A DNA stretch of 64,000 nt from Escherichia coli (GCF_003334785.1 NZ_QOWV01000004.1), one strand, 5' to 3'; positions 1-15,007 are shown, counted from the first letter of the stretch. Notes: a model not told the origin generated them from the sequence alone. Numbers and translations: made by a program.

Positions 1-257
1 TTTTCCCATTCGCTACCTTTATTGGTTTTGTTGCTATTGATGTTACCCAGCACCAGACTGATGATGAAGAATAACGTTGCCAGCAGCGCCGTCATGCGGG
101 TCATGAAGTTACCAGAACCACTTGAACCAAACAGCGTAGCGGAAGCGCCTGCTCCGAAGGAGGCTCCCATATCAGCGCCTTTACCTTGCTGCAGCATGAT
201 CAGACCAACAAGGCCAATTGCCACAATAAGGAAAACTACTAAAAGAGCTTCATACAT
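1..257 (-). CDS. secG: SecG preprotein translocase subunit (partial; 3' end beyond window start)
   Basis: Minus-strand translation from ATG at 255-257 reads MYEALLVVFLIVAIGLVGLIMLQQGK...; track ORF 22..336(+) is its antisense shadow; position downstream of glmM. Confidence 0.85.
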   Translation of the reverse strand, partial: MYEALLVVFLIVAIGLVGLIMLQQGKGADMGASFGAGASATLFGSSGSGNFMTRMTALLATLFFIISLVLGNINSNKTNKGSEWE

Positions 258-440
258 AATCAACCTGTTCCTTGCGGAGTTGCCGCGTACCAATGCTTCA
301 ACCAATAAAGCGGGAGTTTTTAATCTTTCCCACTGAAGCGGGTGTGAATACTAACCAAAGCGAATGACCTTCGCAAGGGCAATTTTATCGCATTGTATCA
401 ACTGCGGAAAAAAACAGCAAAACCGATGTGTTCGCTGAGA

Positions 441-466
441 AAAAAGGCGACAATCGCCGCCTTTTT
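441..466 (-). terminator. Intrinsic terminator downstream of glmM
   Basis: GC hairpin (GGCG..CGCC) with flanking A/T runs immediately after the glmM stop at 485. Confidence 0.55.
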
Positions 467-484
467 AGCCAGTTATCTAACGCT

Positions 485-1822
485 TTAAACGGCTTTTACT
501 GCATCGGCGATGCGGTGTGCAAATTCAGTCACCTGCGCTTCGTCTTCGCCTTCCACCATCACGCGAATTAACGGTTCGGTGCCGGATTTACGCAGCAACA
601 CGCGTCCACGGTTGCCCAGCGCAGCTTCAACCTCTGCGGTCACGGCTTTAACTGACTCATGCTCAAGTGGATCGCCGCTACCTGCGGTGTAACGTACGTT
701 AACCAGAATCTGCGGGAACATTTTCATGCCGCTGCAAAGGTCGTGCAGGCTCATATGGTTACGTGCCATCGCCGCCAGCACCTGCAAGCCAGCAACGATG
801 CCGTCACCGGTAGTAGTTTTATCCAGCAGGATCACATGACCGGAATTCTCTGCACCGATACGCCAGCCTTTCTCCTGCATTTTTTCCAGTACGTAGCGGT
901 CACCCACTTTCGCGCGCGCAAATGGAATTCCTAACTGTTTCAGCGCCAGTTCAAGCCCCATGTTGCTCATCAATGTACCCACAGCGCCACCACGCAGCTG
1001 GCCCTGACGAAGACCTTCACGCGCGATGATATACATGATCTGATCGCCATCGACTTTATTGCCTTCATGGTCAACCATAATCACGCGATCGCCATCGCCG
1101 TCGAAGGCAATACCGAGATCCGCTTTTTCAGCCAGCACACGAGCCTGGAGCGCGCGAACGTCGGTAGCCCCCACTTCGGCATTGATGTTTACACCGTTTG
1201 GCTCACAACCGATAGCGATAACGTTCGCCCCCAGTTCGCGCAGCACGTTCGGCGCGATGTGATAAGTCGCACCGTTTGCACAATCCACCACAATCTTCAG
1301 TTCACTGAGGCTAAGTTCGTTCGGGAACGTGGCTTTGCAAAACTCGATATAGCGACCCGCGGCATCAACGATACGGCTGGCTTTACCCAGTTCTGCCGAA
1401 TCAACGCAGCTGATCTCCTTTTCCATTTCCGCTTCGATGGCCTCTTCTACCGCATCCGGCAGTTTGGTGCCGTCGATAGAGAAGAATTTAATGCCATTAT
1501 CGTAGAACGGGTTATGCGATGCAGATATCACAATTCCGGCCTCTGCGCGGAAGGTACGCGTCAGATAAGCCACGGCCGGTGTTGGCATCGGGCCAGTGAA
1601 GAGTGCGGAAAGGCCCGCTGCCGCCAGACCCGCTTCCAGTGCTGACTCCAGCATATAGCCAGAAATACGCGTGTCTTTACCAATAATAATCTTACGGGAG
1701 CCGTGGCGCGCCAGCACTTTACCCGCGGCCCAACCCAGCTTAAGCACAAAATCAGGTGTGATCGGCGCATCCCCTACACGACCACGAATCCCATCGGTAC
1801 CGAAATATTTACGATTACTCAT
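485..1822 (-). CDS. glmM: Phosphoglucosamine mutase
   Basis: 445 aa; [14 protein letters not shown]... and SASHNP phosphoserine loop. Confidence 0.97.
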
Positions 1823-2663
1823 AGCGTTTGTTTTCCTTTGCAGACAGAGTGGCTTCCACCACCCGCATCGCTTCTACGGTTTCTTTGACGTCATGAACAC
1901 GAATGATGTGCGCGCCTTGCATTGCGGCAATGACCGCACAGGCCAGACTACCGCTCAGGCGCTCGGACGGCCCCACGTTCAGCAGCTGCCCAATCATCGA
2001 TTTTCGTGACATACCCACCAACAGCGGCAGGTTGAAATGGTGAAATTCAGCCAGGCGCGCCAGTAATGAATAGTTATGGGAGAGATTTTTACCGAAACCG
2101 AATCCGGGGTCGAGCAACAATTTCTCTTTTGCGATACCCGCCTGCTCGCAACGTGCTATTTGCTCAATAAAGTAGCGATTCACTTCTGCAAAGACATCGT
2201 CATACTTCGGAGCTTCCTGCATGGTTTTTGGATTTCCCTGCATATGCATCAGACAAACCGGTAAACCGGTTTCTGCAGCCGCCTCCAGAGCGCCAGGTTC
2301 GGAAAGGGAGCGGATATCATTAATAATGTGAGCGCCAACTTTCGCTGACTCACGGATGACTTCTGGTTTGGATGTATCGACTGAGATCCAGACTTCGAAG
2401 CGTTGAGCAATTGCCTCAACCACAGGAATAACACGTTGCAACTCTTCTTCAACGCTAACTTCCGCCGCCCCTGGGCGCGTGGACTCGCCACCAACGTCAA
2501 TGATCGTCGCGCCAGCGTTGATCATCAGATTCGCATGTTTCACCGCATCTATCAGCGAGTTATGCGTGCCACCATCCGAAAAGGAATCAGGCGTGACGTT
2601 GAGGATCCCCATTACGTGAGGATGGCTAAGGTCCAGTGAAGTACCCTGGGCAAAGAGTTTCAT
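1815..2663 (-). CDS. folP: Dihydropteroate synthase
   Basis: Track ORF is 304 aa; trimmed to internal ATG giving 282 aa [32 protein letters not shown]...; overlaps glmM start by 8 nt. Confidence 0.95.
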
Positions 2664-2752
2664 GATGTTATCCCTGGTATGAATTGATAAGAAAAAACCC
2701 CGGAGCACGCCCCGGGGTTTTCGGTACAAATACAGTCATCTGATGCGGGAAC

Positions 2753-4687
2753 TTACTTGTCGCCTAACTGCTCTGACATGGTGTTACCCGGGTTCGGCGT
2801 ACGCGGTTCATCAACCGGACGAGGAGCCTTTGGACTACCATTGTCGCCAGAATTGTTAGAAGCGCCTGGTTCTTCCCAGCCCGCTGGCGGACGTACATCG
2901 CGACGTGCCATCAGGTCATCAATCTGCGGTGCGTCGATAGTCTCATATTTCATGAGAGCATCTTTCATCGCATGCAGAATATCCATATTGTCGGTCAGAA
3001 GCTGACGCGCACGATTATAGTTACGCTCAATCAGTGCTTTCACTTCCTGGTCGATGATACGTGCAGTTTCATCGGACATATGTTTCGCTTTCGCTACGCT
3101 ACGGCCGAGGAACACTTCACCTTCTTCTTCCGCGTACAGCAGTGGACCCAATTTCTCAGAGAAGCCCCACTGAGTCACCATGTTACGTGCCAGGTTGGTC
3201 GCAACTTTAATATCGTTGGACGCACCGGTAGATACATGTTCCGGCCCGTAGATGATCTCTTCTGCCAGACGACCACCGTACAGCGTAGAAATCTGGCTTT
3301 CCAGTTTCTGACGGCTGGCGCTGATTGCGTCGCCCTCAGGCAAGAAGAAAGTCACACCCAGCGCACGACCGCGTGGGATAATCGTCACTTTGTGCACCGG
3401 ATCGTGTTCCGGCACCAGGCGACCGATAATCGCATGACCCGCTTCGTGGTAAGCCGTCGATTCTTTCTGCGCTTCCGTCATCACCATGGAGCGACGTTCC
3501 GCACCCATCATGATTTTGTCTTTCGCTTTCTCGAACTCAACCATCGACACAACGCGTTTGTTGCCACGAGCAGCGAACAGTGCCGCTTCGTTCACCAGGT
3601 TCGCCAGGTCAGCACCGGAGAAACCAGGAGTACCACGGGCAATGATTGCCGCGTCGATATCGGGTGCCAATGGTACGCGACGCATGTGAACTTTCAGGAT
3701 CTGCTCACGACCGCGAACATCTGGCAAGCCGACCACAACCTGACGGTCGAAACGGCCAGGACGCAGCAGGGCCGGGTCGAGAACGTCCGGACGGTTAGTC
3801 GCGGCGATAACGATGATACCTTCGTTACCTTCGAAGCCATCCATCTCAACCAGCATCTGGTTCAGAGTCTGTTCACGTTCATCGTGACCACCGCCCAGAC
3901 CAGCGCCACGCTGGCGGCCTACGGCGTCGATTTCATCGATAAAGATGATGCACGGTGCCGCTTTCTTCGCCTGTTCGAACATGTCACGAACACGGGATGC
4001 ACCCACACCGACGAACATTTCTACGAAGTCAGAACCGGAGATAGTAAAGAACGGAACTTTCGCTTCGCCTGCAATCGCTTTCGCCAGCAGCGTTTTACCG
4101 GTACCCGGAGGACCGACCATCAAGACGCCTTTCGGGATCTTACCGCCGAGTTTCTGGAAGCGGCTCGGCTCGCGCAGATACTCAACCAGTTCAGCAACTT
4201 CTTCTTTTGCTTCGTCGCAGCCCGCAACGTCAGCAAAGGTCGTTTTGATCTGATCTTCCGTCAGCATGCGCGCTTTGCTCTTACCAAACGACATGGCACC
4301 TTTGCCACCGCCGCCCTGCATTTGACGCATGAAGAAGATCCAGACACCAATCAGCAACAGCATCGGGAACCAGGAGATGAAGATAGAAGCCAGCAGGCTT
4401 GGTTCTTCAGGCGGTTCACCGACAACCTTGACGTTCTTGGTCAACAGGTTATCCAGTAATTTCGGATCCTGAACCGGAATGTAAGTGGTATAACGGTTAC
4501 TATCTTTCTTGGTAACGTTGATTTCACGTCCGTTGATACGCGCTTCACGAACCTGGTCGTTATTGACCTCTTGTAGGAAGGTAGAGTAATCCACCTTACG
4601 GCCATTAGACTCGCTGGGCCCAAAGCTCTGGAATACTGACATCAGCACAACGGCAATGACCAGCCAGAGTATTAGGTTTTTCGCCAT
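2753..4687 (-). CDS. ftsH: ATP-dependent zinc metalloprotease FtsH
   Basis: 644 aa from ATG (MAKNLILW...); Walker [14 protein letters not shown] zinc site; track ORF extends 3 codons upstream to a TTG. Confidence 0.97.
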
Positions 4688-4786
4688 GTCACTCAAGGGA
4701 TTAACCTCTTATTACAACTGTGTTAAAAACAGCGTCAGGATACTCTATATCCAGCATCTTTCAAACTTTCGTCTGAAATCTCCCGG

Positions 4787-5416
4787 TTAGGGTTTACGCC
4801 CGGTCGCTACAATATACACTTCCCGCGAACGTGCACGAGAAGAGTCCGGCTTACGAACTTTGACCTTCGTAAACAGGGAGCGAATTTCCCTTAGATACTC
4901 ATCGAAACCTTCGCCCTGGAACACCTTCACTACAAAACTGCCACCTGGCGCTAATACATCACGACACATTTCTAGCGCCAGTTCCACCAGATACATGGCA
5001 CGGGGGATATCCACCGCCGGTGTTCCGCTCATGTTTGGTGCCATATCGGACATGACAACCTGGACTTTGCTGTCGCCAACGCGCTCCAGCAGTGCTTTCA
5101 TCACCAGTTCATCACGAAAATCGCCCTGAAGAAAGTCCACACCAACGATAGGATCCATAGGTAAAAGATCGCAAGCGATGATGCGGCCTTTGCCGCCAAT
5201 TTGGGTGACCACATATTGTGACCAACCACCCGGAGCAGCACCAAGGTCGACAACCGTCATTCCCGGTTTAAAGAGTTTGTCACTTTGCTGTATTTCATCA
5301 AGTTTAAACCAGGCACGGGAACGTAACCCCTTTTTCTGTGCCTGTTGAACATATTTATCGCTAAAGTGTTCCTGAAGCCAGCGGCTGGAGCTGGCAGAAC
5401 GCTTCTTACCTGTCAT
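4787..5416 (-). CDS. rlmE: 23S rRNA U2552 2'-O-methyltransferase
   Basis: 209 aa; [39 protein letters not shown]...; SAM-binding [11 protein letters not shown]. Confidence 0.96.
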
Positions 5417-5541
5417 TTAACTTTCCCATGGGGATAACTCATCGTAACCAATTGCGTAAATTTTTACGCGCCTATTTGGTGATATATGGGAGATGGCGGT
5501 AGAATGACCCGTTTTCAATCCCAACGTAAGCAAAAAATACG

Positions 5542-5835
5542 ATGAATCTGAGTACTAAACAAAAACAGCACCTGAAAGGTCTGGCACATCCGCTCAAGCC
5601 AGTTGTTCTGCTTGGCAGTAATGGTTTGACCGAAGGGGTGCTGGCCGAGATTGAACAAGCGTTAGAGCACCATGAACTCATCAAGGTGAAAATCGCCACC
5701 GAAGATCGCGAAACTAAAACCTTGATCGTGGAAGCTATCGTGCGCGAAACCGGCGCCTGTAATGTACAGGTCATCGGTAAAACGCTGGTGCTTTATCGCC
5801 CAACTAAAGAACGTAAAATCTCGCTGCCACGCTAA
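5542..5835 (+). CDS. yhbY: RNA-binding protein YhbY (CRS1/YhbY domain)
   Basis: 97 aa; MNLSTKQKQHLKGLAHPLKPVVLLGSNGLTEGV... Confidence 0.95.
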   Translation: MNLSTKQKQHLKGLAHPLKPVVLLGSNGLTEGVLAEIEQALEHHELIKVKIATEDRETKTLIVEAIVRETGACNVQVIGKTLVLYRPTKERKISLPR

Positions 5836-5923
5836 GATTATCCTAAAGTTACACACATTTGCTGTGTAAAACGAGGGGTTTTCCGCAGGCAGGAGAGCAA
5901 AATGCCACGCTCTGTTCGTTGAT

Positions 5924-5950
5924 AAAAGGCCGCATAGCGGCCTTTTTCCT
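5924..5950. terminator. Bidirectional intrinsic terminator between yhbY and greA
   Basis: AAAAGGCCGC-ATAG-CGGCCTTTTT hairpin with A-run on one side and T-run on the other, between convergent genes. Confidence 0.7.
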
Positions 5951-5990
5951 TTCTTTACAATACATCAACATCTTGAGTATTGGGTAATTC

Positions 5991-6467
<477 letters not shown>

Positions 6468-6561
6468 TTGTTATACCTCTTGAATATTCCTGATAGGGCA
6501 AGTCTTCACCCACCCCGGCTGTTCGGCCTGCCCGGCATAACTCCTTACCGGGACCAGAAGC

Positions 6562-6640
6562 AAAAAAATACCGACCCGGGTACAAGTCCCAGGTCAGCTA
6601 CAATTCACATTTTGATAGTCATTTTACCCTGAAGTTCCCG
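6562..6640 (-). ncRNA. graL: greA leader region with intrinsic terminator (candidate GraL leader RNA); boundaries approximate
   Basis: On the minus strand a GACCUGGG..CCCGGGUC hairpin followed by a U7 run lies about 95 nt upstream of the greA start; 5' end not determinable from sequence. Confidence 0.35.
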
Positions 6641-6714
6641 AAGGGTCATCGTTTACTTTATAGGGCGTTGCGCCGTAGTATGACGGCTCGATTCCAGGTT
6701 GTTAGCGCGAGATT

Positions 6715-8148
6715 ATGCGATTTTCCAGATTTATCATCGGATTGACCAGCTGTATAGCGTTCAGTGTTCAGGCCGCAAATGTTGATGAGTACATTACTCA
6801 ACTCCCCGCTGGTGCCAACCTTGCCCTGATGGTGCAAAAAGTCGGCGCGTCGGCCCCCGCTATTGATTACCACAGTCAGCAGATGGCGCTGCCTGCCAGT
6901 ACCCAGAAAGTGATTACTGCGCTGGCGGCGTTGATTCAACTCGGCCCCGATTTTCGTTTTACCACGACGCTTGAAACCAAAGGCAATGTGGAAAACGGCG
7001 TACTTAAGGGTGACTTAGTGGCGCGATTTGGTGCCGATCCGACGTTAAAACGTCAGGATATTCGCAATATGGTCGCGACTTTGAAAAAATCTGGCGTCAA
7101 CCAAATCGATGGCAATGTGTTGATAGATACCTCCATTTTCGCCAGCCACGATAAAGCCCCCGGCTGGCCATGGAATGACATGACACAATGCTTTAGCGCT
7201 CCGCCTGCCGCCGCCATAGTTGACCGCAACTGTTTCTCCGTCTCGCTCTACAGTGCCCCAAAGCCTGGTGATATGGCTTTTATACGCGTGGCATCTTATT
7301 ACCCCGTTACGATGTTCAGCCAGGTACGCACCCTCCCCCGTGGTTCTGCCGAAGCGCAATACTGCGAACTGGATGTGGTGCCAGGCGACCTGAACCGCTT
7401 TACGCTGACGGGATGCCTGCCACAACGTTCTGAGCCGCTCCCGTTGGCTTTTGCCGTGCAGGATGGAGCCAGCTATGCCGGTGCAATTCTGAAAGATGAG
7501 TTAAAACAGGCGGGTATCACCTGGAGCGGAACACTGCTGCGCCAGACTCAGGTTAACGAACCTGGAACGGTAGTTGCCAGTAAACAGTCGGCCCCGCTGC
7601 ACGATCTGCTTAAGATTATGCTGAAAAAGTCGGACAACATGATCGCCGATACGGTTTTCCGCATGATAGGCCATGCGCGCTTCAATGTGCCTGGAACATG
7701 GCGGGCCGGGTCGGACGCCGTGCGTCAGATCCTGCGCCAGCAAGCCGGTGTCGATATTGGAAACACCATTATTGCCGATGGTTCAGGGCTTTCGCGGCAT
7801 AACCTGATTGCCCCCGCCACCATGATGCAGGTGCTGCAATACATTGCCCAACACGACAATGAACTTAACTTTATCTCCATGCTGCCGCTGGCGGGCTATG
7901 ACGGCTCTTTGCAGTACCGTGCAGGTCTGCATCAGGCGGGCGTGGATGGAAAAGTCTCAGCGAAAACCGGTTCGTTGCAGGGGGTATATAACCTGGCGGG
8001 ATTCATTACCACAGCGAGCGGGCAACGAATGGCGTTTGTGCAATATCTTTCTGGCTATGCAGTAGAACCTGCGGATCAGCGTAATCGCCGTATTCCGTTA
8101 GTGCGTTTTGAAAGCCGTTTGTATAAAGATATTTATCAGAACAATTAG
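6715..8148 (+). CDS. dacB: D-alanyl-D-alanine carboxypeptidase/endopeptidase PBP4
   Basis: 477 aa; signal peptide MRFSRFIIGLTSCIAFSVQA; STQK active-site motif. Confidence 0.96.
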   Translation: MRFSRFIIGLTSCIAFSVQAANVDEYITQLPAGANLALMVQKVGASAPAIDYHSQQMALPASTQKVITALAALIQLGPDFRFTTTLETKGNVENGVLKGDLVARFGADPTLKRQDIRNMVATLKKSGVNQIDGNVLIDTSIFASHDKAPGWPWNDMTQCFSAPPAAAIVDRNCFSVSLYSAPKPGDMAFIRVASYYPVTMFSQVRTLPRGSAEAQYCELDVVPGDLNRFTLTGCLPQRSEPLPLAFAVQDGASYAGAILKDELKQAGITWSGTLLRQTQVNEPGTVVASKQSAPLHDLLKIMLKKSDNMIADTVFRMIGHARFNVPGTWRAGSDAVRQILRQQAGVDIGNTIIADGSGLSRHNLIAPATMMQVLQYIAQHDNELNFISMLPLAGYDGSLQYRAGLHQAGVDGKVSAKTGSLQGVYNLAGFITTASGQRMAFVQYLSGYAVEPADQRNRRIPLVRFESRLYKDIYQNN

Positions 8149-8158
8149 TCAAAAAGAA

Positions 8159-8179
8159 ACCCCGGCACATGGCCGGGGC
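8159..8179 (+). terminator. Hairpin downstream of dacB (probable terminator)
   Basis: CCCCGGC-ACATG-GCCGGGG perfect 7-bp stem 11 nt after the dacB stop; weak T tract. Confidence 0.5.
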
Positions 8180-8211
8180 TTCAGATTATTGACAAAGTGC
8201 GCTTTGTTTAT

Positions 8212-8309
<98 letters not shown>

Positions 8310-8333
8310 TGATTTGGCGTTTATCATCAGTGA

Positions 8334-9521
<1,188 letters not shown>

Positions 9522-10487
9522 TCATTCGCCTGCGCGGGGTTGCGATACCACCGTTGTATGCTTACGTAATCCGCCCCAAATACGATGACCAATGGCGGAA
9601 TACATCGCGCCCGCAACCACGACAAACGCACCGAGATAACCTAAAAGGTTTAACATCGGTCTGGCGAAGAAATCGGGCCAGGCCAGTGATAAAAGATCTG
9701 AAAAAAACAGCGTAAACAGTGGGGTGAGCGTGATGATCGCGCTCACCTGCGCTGCCTGCCAGCGAGCCATCGCTTCCGCCAGGGCGCCATATCCTACCAA
9801 GGTATTCAGTCCGCAAAAAATTAAACATGCGAGCTGCCAGTGGCTAAGCTGCGCTATCACTCCAGGCTTTGCCAGAGGGAAGAGCGCAATTGTACATAAA
9901 GTGTACAGTAAAAACAGGATCTGCGGTGAGGCCAGCCGACGCAATAAAACCTTTTGCGCCACGCCATAACTCACCCAAACCGTCGCCGCACCGACCCCAA
10001 AGATAACTCCCCAGGTGTAATCGGTGAGCTTTGTAAATATCTCGACCAGACTGGTGTTAAAAAACATCACCAGGCCGCTCAGGAGCATCAATGCCCCTAC
10101 AACCTGAGTGCTGCGCATTTTCTCTTTGAGGATAAATACGCTGGCAACCATCATGCCAACTGGCGAGAGTTGCCCAATCACCTGCGAAGCGGTCGGACTC
10201 AGGTATTGCAAGGATGAGCTGAACAGGATGAAGTTCCCAAACAGCCCGGCGGTCGCCACTGCCAACAAAATCAACCAGCGTGGCTTACGAAACACGCGTA
10301 ATGGCGGCAACCTCTTCTTCACCGCAAGAATGGCACCCAGGCCAATACTCGCCATCAAGAAACGGTAAAACACGATTGTCGGAGGTTCCATCACCTCCAG
10401 CACCTGCTTCATTGCGATTGGCAACGCCCCCCAGCAAATTGCTGTGGTGAGCGCCAAAAGAATGCCAATGCCTGCCTGCTGCTTCAT
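9522..10487 (-). CDS. yhbE: EamA/DMT-family inner membrane transporter YhbE
   Basis: 321 aa polytopic membrane protein; position between obgE and rpmA. Confidence 0.9.
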   Translation of the reverse strand: MKQQAGIGILLALTTAICWGALPIAMKQVLEVMEPPTIVFYRFLMASIGLGAILAVKKRLPPLRVFRKPRWLILLAVATAGLFGNFILFSSSLQYLSPTASQVIGQLSPVGMMVASVFILKEKMRSTQVVGALMLLSGLVMFFNTSLVEIFTKLTDYTWGVIFGVGAATVWVSYGVAQKVLLRRLASPQILFLLYTLCTIALFPLAKPGVIAQLSHWQLACLIFCGLNTLVGYGALAEAMARWQAAQVSAIITLTPLFTLFFSDLLSLAWPDFFARPMLNLLGYLGAFVVVAGAMYSAIGHRIWGGLRKHTTVVSQPRAGE

Positions 10488-10556
10488 ACCGTATTCCCTG
10501 CAAAGCGCATTTGCGGATTAACGTCGCACCATGCGCATTTTTACCGGTTATCGAAT

Positions 10557-10588
10557 GTAAAAAGCCCCGCAACGTGTTGCGGGGCTTT
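10557..10588 (-). terminator. Intrinsic terminator after rpmA
   Basis: AAAGCCCCGCAACGTGTTGCGGGGCTTT hairpin; on the minus strand it is followed by a U-run. Confidence 0.7.
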
Positions 10589-10613
10589 CATCCGTTACCG
10601 GGACGCGAAAAAC

Positions 10614-11239
<626 letters not shown>

Positions 11240-11461
11240 TCAGAGTGCGCTATAAATATTCACAATAGGGCGCGAATATTACGCAAAACGCACGCCTTTG
11301 ACAAGTGCTACAGTCAATACACGAAGAAAAAAAACACAACTTGTACGGTAACGTTTATCTGTGCCATTTTTTCAGTACAATCACCCTATATTCCTAACCA
11401 TAAACCCTAAGTTGCCTTTGTTCACAGTAAGGTAATCGGGGCGAAAAGCCCGGCTTTTGCG

Positions 11462-12433
11462 ATGAATTTAGAAAAAATCAATGAGTTAACCGCGCAAGAT
11501 ATGGCGGGTGTTAATGCGGCAATCCTTGAGCAGCTTAATTCCGACGTCCAACTGATCAATCAGTTAGGCTATTACATCGTCAGCGGCGGCGGTAAACGTA
11601 TTCGTCCGATGATTGCTGTACTGGCTGCACGAGCTGTTGGCTATGAGGGAAATGCGCATGTCACCATTGCTGCCCTGATCGAGTTTATCCACACGGCGAC
11701 TCTGCTACACGACGACGTTGTGGATGAATCAGATATGCGCAGGGGTAAAGCTACCGCCAACGCCGCATTTGGCAATGCCGCCAGCGTGCTGGTAGGCGAT
11801 TTTATTTATACCCGCGCTTTCCAGATGATGACCAGCCTCGGTTCGCTCAAAGTGCTGGAAGTCATGTCAGAAGCCGTAAACGTCATCGCAGAAGGTGAAG
11901 TTCTGCAACTGATGAACGTTAACGATCCGGACATCACTGAAGAAAACTACATGCGCGTTATCTATAGCAAAACCGCGCGTCTGTTTGAGGCTGCCGCGCA
12001 GTGTTCCGGGATTCTGGCTGGCTGTACGCCGGAGGAGGAGAAAGGCCTGCAGGATTATGGGCGCTATCTCGGCACTGCTTTCCAGTTGATCGACGATTTA
12101 CTCGATTACAATGCCGATGGCGAACAGTTAGGTAAAAATGTCGGCGACGATCTGAACGAAGGTAAACCGACGCTGCCGCTGCTGCATGCGATGCATCATG
12201 GCACACCAGAACAGGCACAGATGATCCGTACCGCCATCGAACAGGGTAACGGTCGCCATCTTCTGGAACCGGTTCTGGAAGCAATGAACGCTTGTGGATC
12301 TCTTGAATGGACGCGTCAGCGTGCCGAGGAAGAAGCAGACAAAGCCATCGCAGCGTTACAGGTGCTCCCGGACACCCCTTGGCGAGAAGCACTCATCGGC
12401 CTCGCGCACATCGCTGTTCAACGCGATCGTTAA
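11462..12433 (+). CDS. ispB: Octaprenyl diphosphate synthase
   Basis: 323 aa; polyprenyl synthase aspartate-rich motifs LLHDDVVDES and FQLIDDLLDY. Confidence 0.95.
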   Translation: MNLEKINELTAQDMAGVNAAILEQLNSDVQLINQLGYYIVSGGGKRIRPMIAVLAARAVGYEGNAHVTIAALIEFIHTATLLHDDVVDESDMRRGKATANAAFGNAASVLVGDFIYTRAFQMMTSLGSLKVLEVMSEAVNVIAEGEVLQLMNVNDPDITEENYMRVIYSKTARLFEAAAQCSGILAGCTPEEEKGLQDYGRYLGTAFQLIDDLLDYNADGEQLGKNVGDDLNEGKPTLPLLHAMHHGTPEQAQMIRTAIEQGNGRHLLEPVLEAMNACGSLEWTRQRAEEEADKAIAALQVLPDTPWREALIGLAHIAVQRDR

Positions 12434-12444
12434 TCCCCTCCCCT

Positions 12445-12467
12445 CATCCCGCGCAGCGCGCGGGATG
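12445..12467 (+). terminator. Perfect 10-bp GC-rich hairpin 12 nt after the ispB stop (terminator-like, no U-tract)
   Basis: CATCCCGCGC-AGC-GCGCGGGATG. Confidence 0.4.
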
Positions 12468-12660
12468 GTTCCAGTAAGTTCCATAAAAACACTTATTCAG
12501 CTCTATAACACCTGAAAAATAGGGATGTGCATCTTTATATATTCTGAATATTCACACTCTTTACAGGAACTTTTTAGAGCAATAGGCCATCAGGAGTATA
12601 GTGATGCTCGACAGAAGAAGTGTTCTGAATGAAAGCGACTAACTTAAGGAGTGAGGAAAA

Positions 12661-12939
12661 ATGGAAAGTAATTTCATTGACTGGCATCCCGCTGACATCA
12701 TTGCGGGTTTGCGCAAGAAGGGAACGTCAATGGCGGCGGAATCTCGCAGAAATGGTTTGAGTTCCTCAACGCTGGCGAATGCATTATCGCGCCCATGGCC
12801 GAAAGGAGAGATGATTATTGCGAAAGCCCTGGGAACTGACCCCTGGGTTATCTGGCCATCACGCTACCATGATCCGCAGACCCATGAGTTTATCGACAGA
12901 ACGCAGTTGATGCGTAGCTACACTAAACCGAAAAAATGA
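12661..12939 (+). CDS. sfsB: Ner-like DNA-binding protein Nlp/SfsB
   Basis: 92 aa; MESNFIDWHPADIIAGLRKKGTSMAAESRRNGLSSSTLANAL... Confidence 0.9.
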   Translation: MESNFIDWHPADIIAGLRKKGTSMAAESRRNGLSSSTLANALSRPWPKGEMIIAKALGTDPWVIWPSRYHDPQTHEFIDRTQLMRSYTKPKK

Positions 12940-12951
12940 GTGGTCTGGCGG

Positions 12952-12969
12952 TAGCCCCGCGAACGGGGC
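12952..12969. terminator. Hairpin between convergent sfsB and murA
   Basis: AGCCCCG-CGAA-CGGGGCT stem-loop; no strong U-tract. Confidence 0.45.
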
Positions 12970-12986
12970 TGCCAGCTCTCAGACGA

Positions 12987-14246
<1,260 letters not shown>

Positions 14247-14300
14247 TTAGTTTGTTCTCAGTTAACAATTCATATCCGCTACCGGCGAATCGCCCATAGC

Positions 14301-14555
14301 TCAAAAGCCGTTCAGTTTGCGATCGCGCGCCCACTCCGCAGGGGTATACGCTTTGATCGACACAGCATGAATGCGGTTATCCGCAATATATTCCATCAGC
14401 GGACCATAGACCGTCTGCTGTTTTTTAACCCGACTCATGCCGTCAAACAACTCACCCACGGCAATAACCTGAAAGTGGCTGCCATCGCCGGAAACGTGGA
14501 CTTCCTGGAGGGAGAGAGCGTTCATCAACACGCTCTGAATTTCATTATTTTCCAT
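14301..14555 (-). CDS. ibaG: BolA-family protein IbaG (YrbA)
   Basis: 84 aa from second ATG ([30 protein letters not shown]...); track ORF is 5 codons longer. Confidence 0.88.
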
Positions 14556-14673
14556 GGGATCTTCAATCATCAGTTAATAAACCAGCGAAACATCTTAGAG
14601 CAAAGTTGCGCTGGCATAAATAAGCAAAAAGCCTCGCTGATAAATCAGACAAGGCTCGACTTGCAGGCAGGTT

Positions 14674-14707
14674 TGCCGGACAGGCGGTTAACGCCATATC
14701 CGGCCTG
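14674..14707. repeat. REP-like palindromic unit
   Basis: TGCCGGACAGGCGGTTAACGCCATATCCGGCCTGA resembles the REP consensus; intergenic between ibaG and mlaB. Confidence 0.5.
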
Positions 14708-14714
14708 AAAAAAT

Positions 14715-15007
14715 TTAACGAGGCAGAACATCAGCAGGCAAATTATACAATTTCGCCAGGGTATACACTTTGTCGTTTACCCCCTGAAGCGTCACATTGT
14801 TGCCCTGCTTTTTCGCCAGATCGATAAGATGGAGCAGCAGTGCCAGTCCCCCCGTATCCACGCGGGAGACACGGCTAAGATCGATGCAGGTAATCCCCTT
14901 CACCGCTTCCTCACGCATTTCCCAAAGCGGTAGCAAAACGTCCTGATCCAGCTCTCCGGATAACGCCAGCGTGTCACCCGTCTGCATCCAGCTCAGTGAC
15001 TCGCTCA

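Noticed and set aside
22-336. 104-aa ORF on the + strand at the window start
   Set aside because: Antisense to the secG 5' portion, which translates cleanly on the minus strand.
2972-4459. 495-aa ORF on the + strand
   Set aside because: Lies entirely antisense to ftsH, whose protein identity is unambiguous; the translation is low-complexity and rich in R/H/F/T, typical of a shadow frame.
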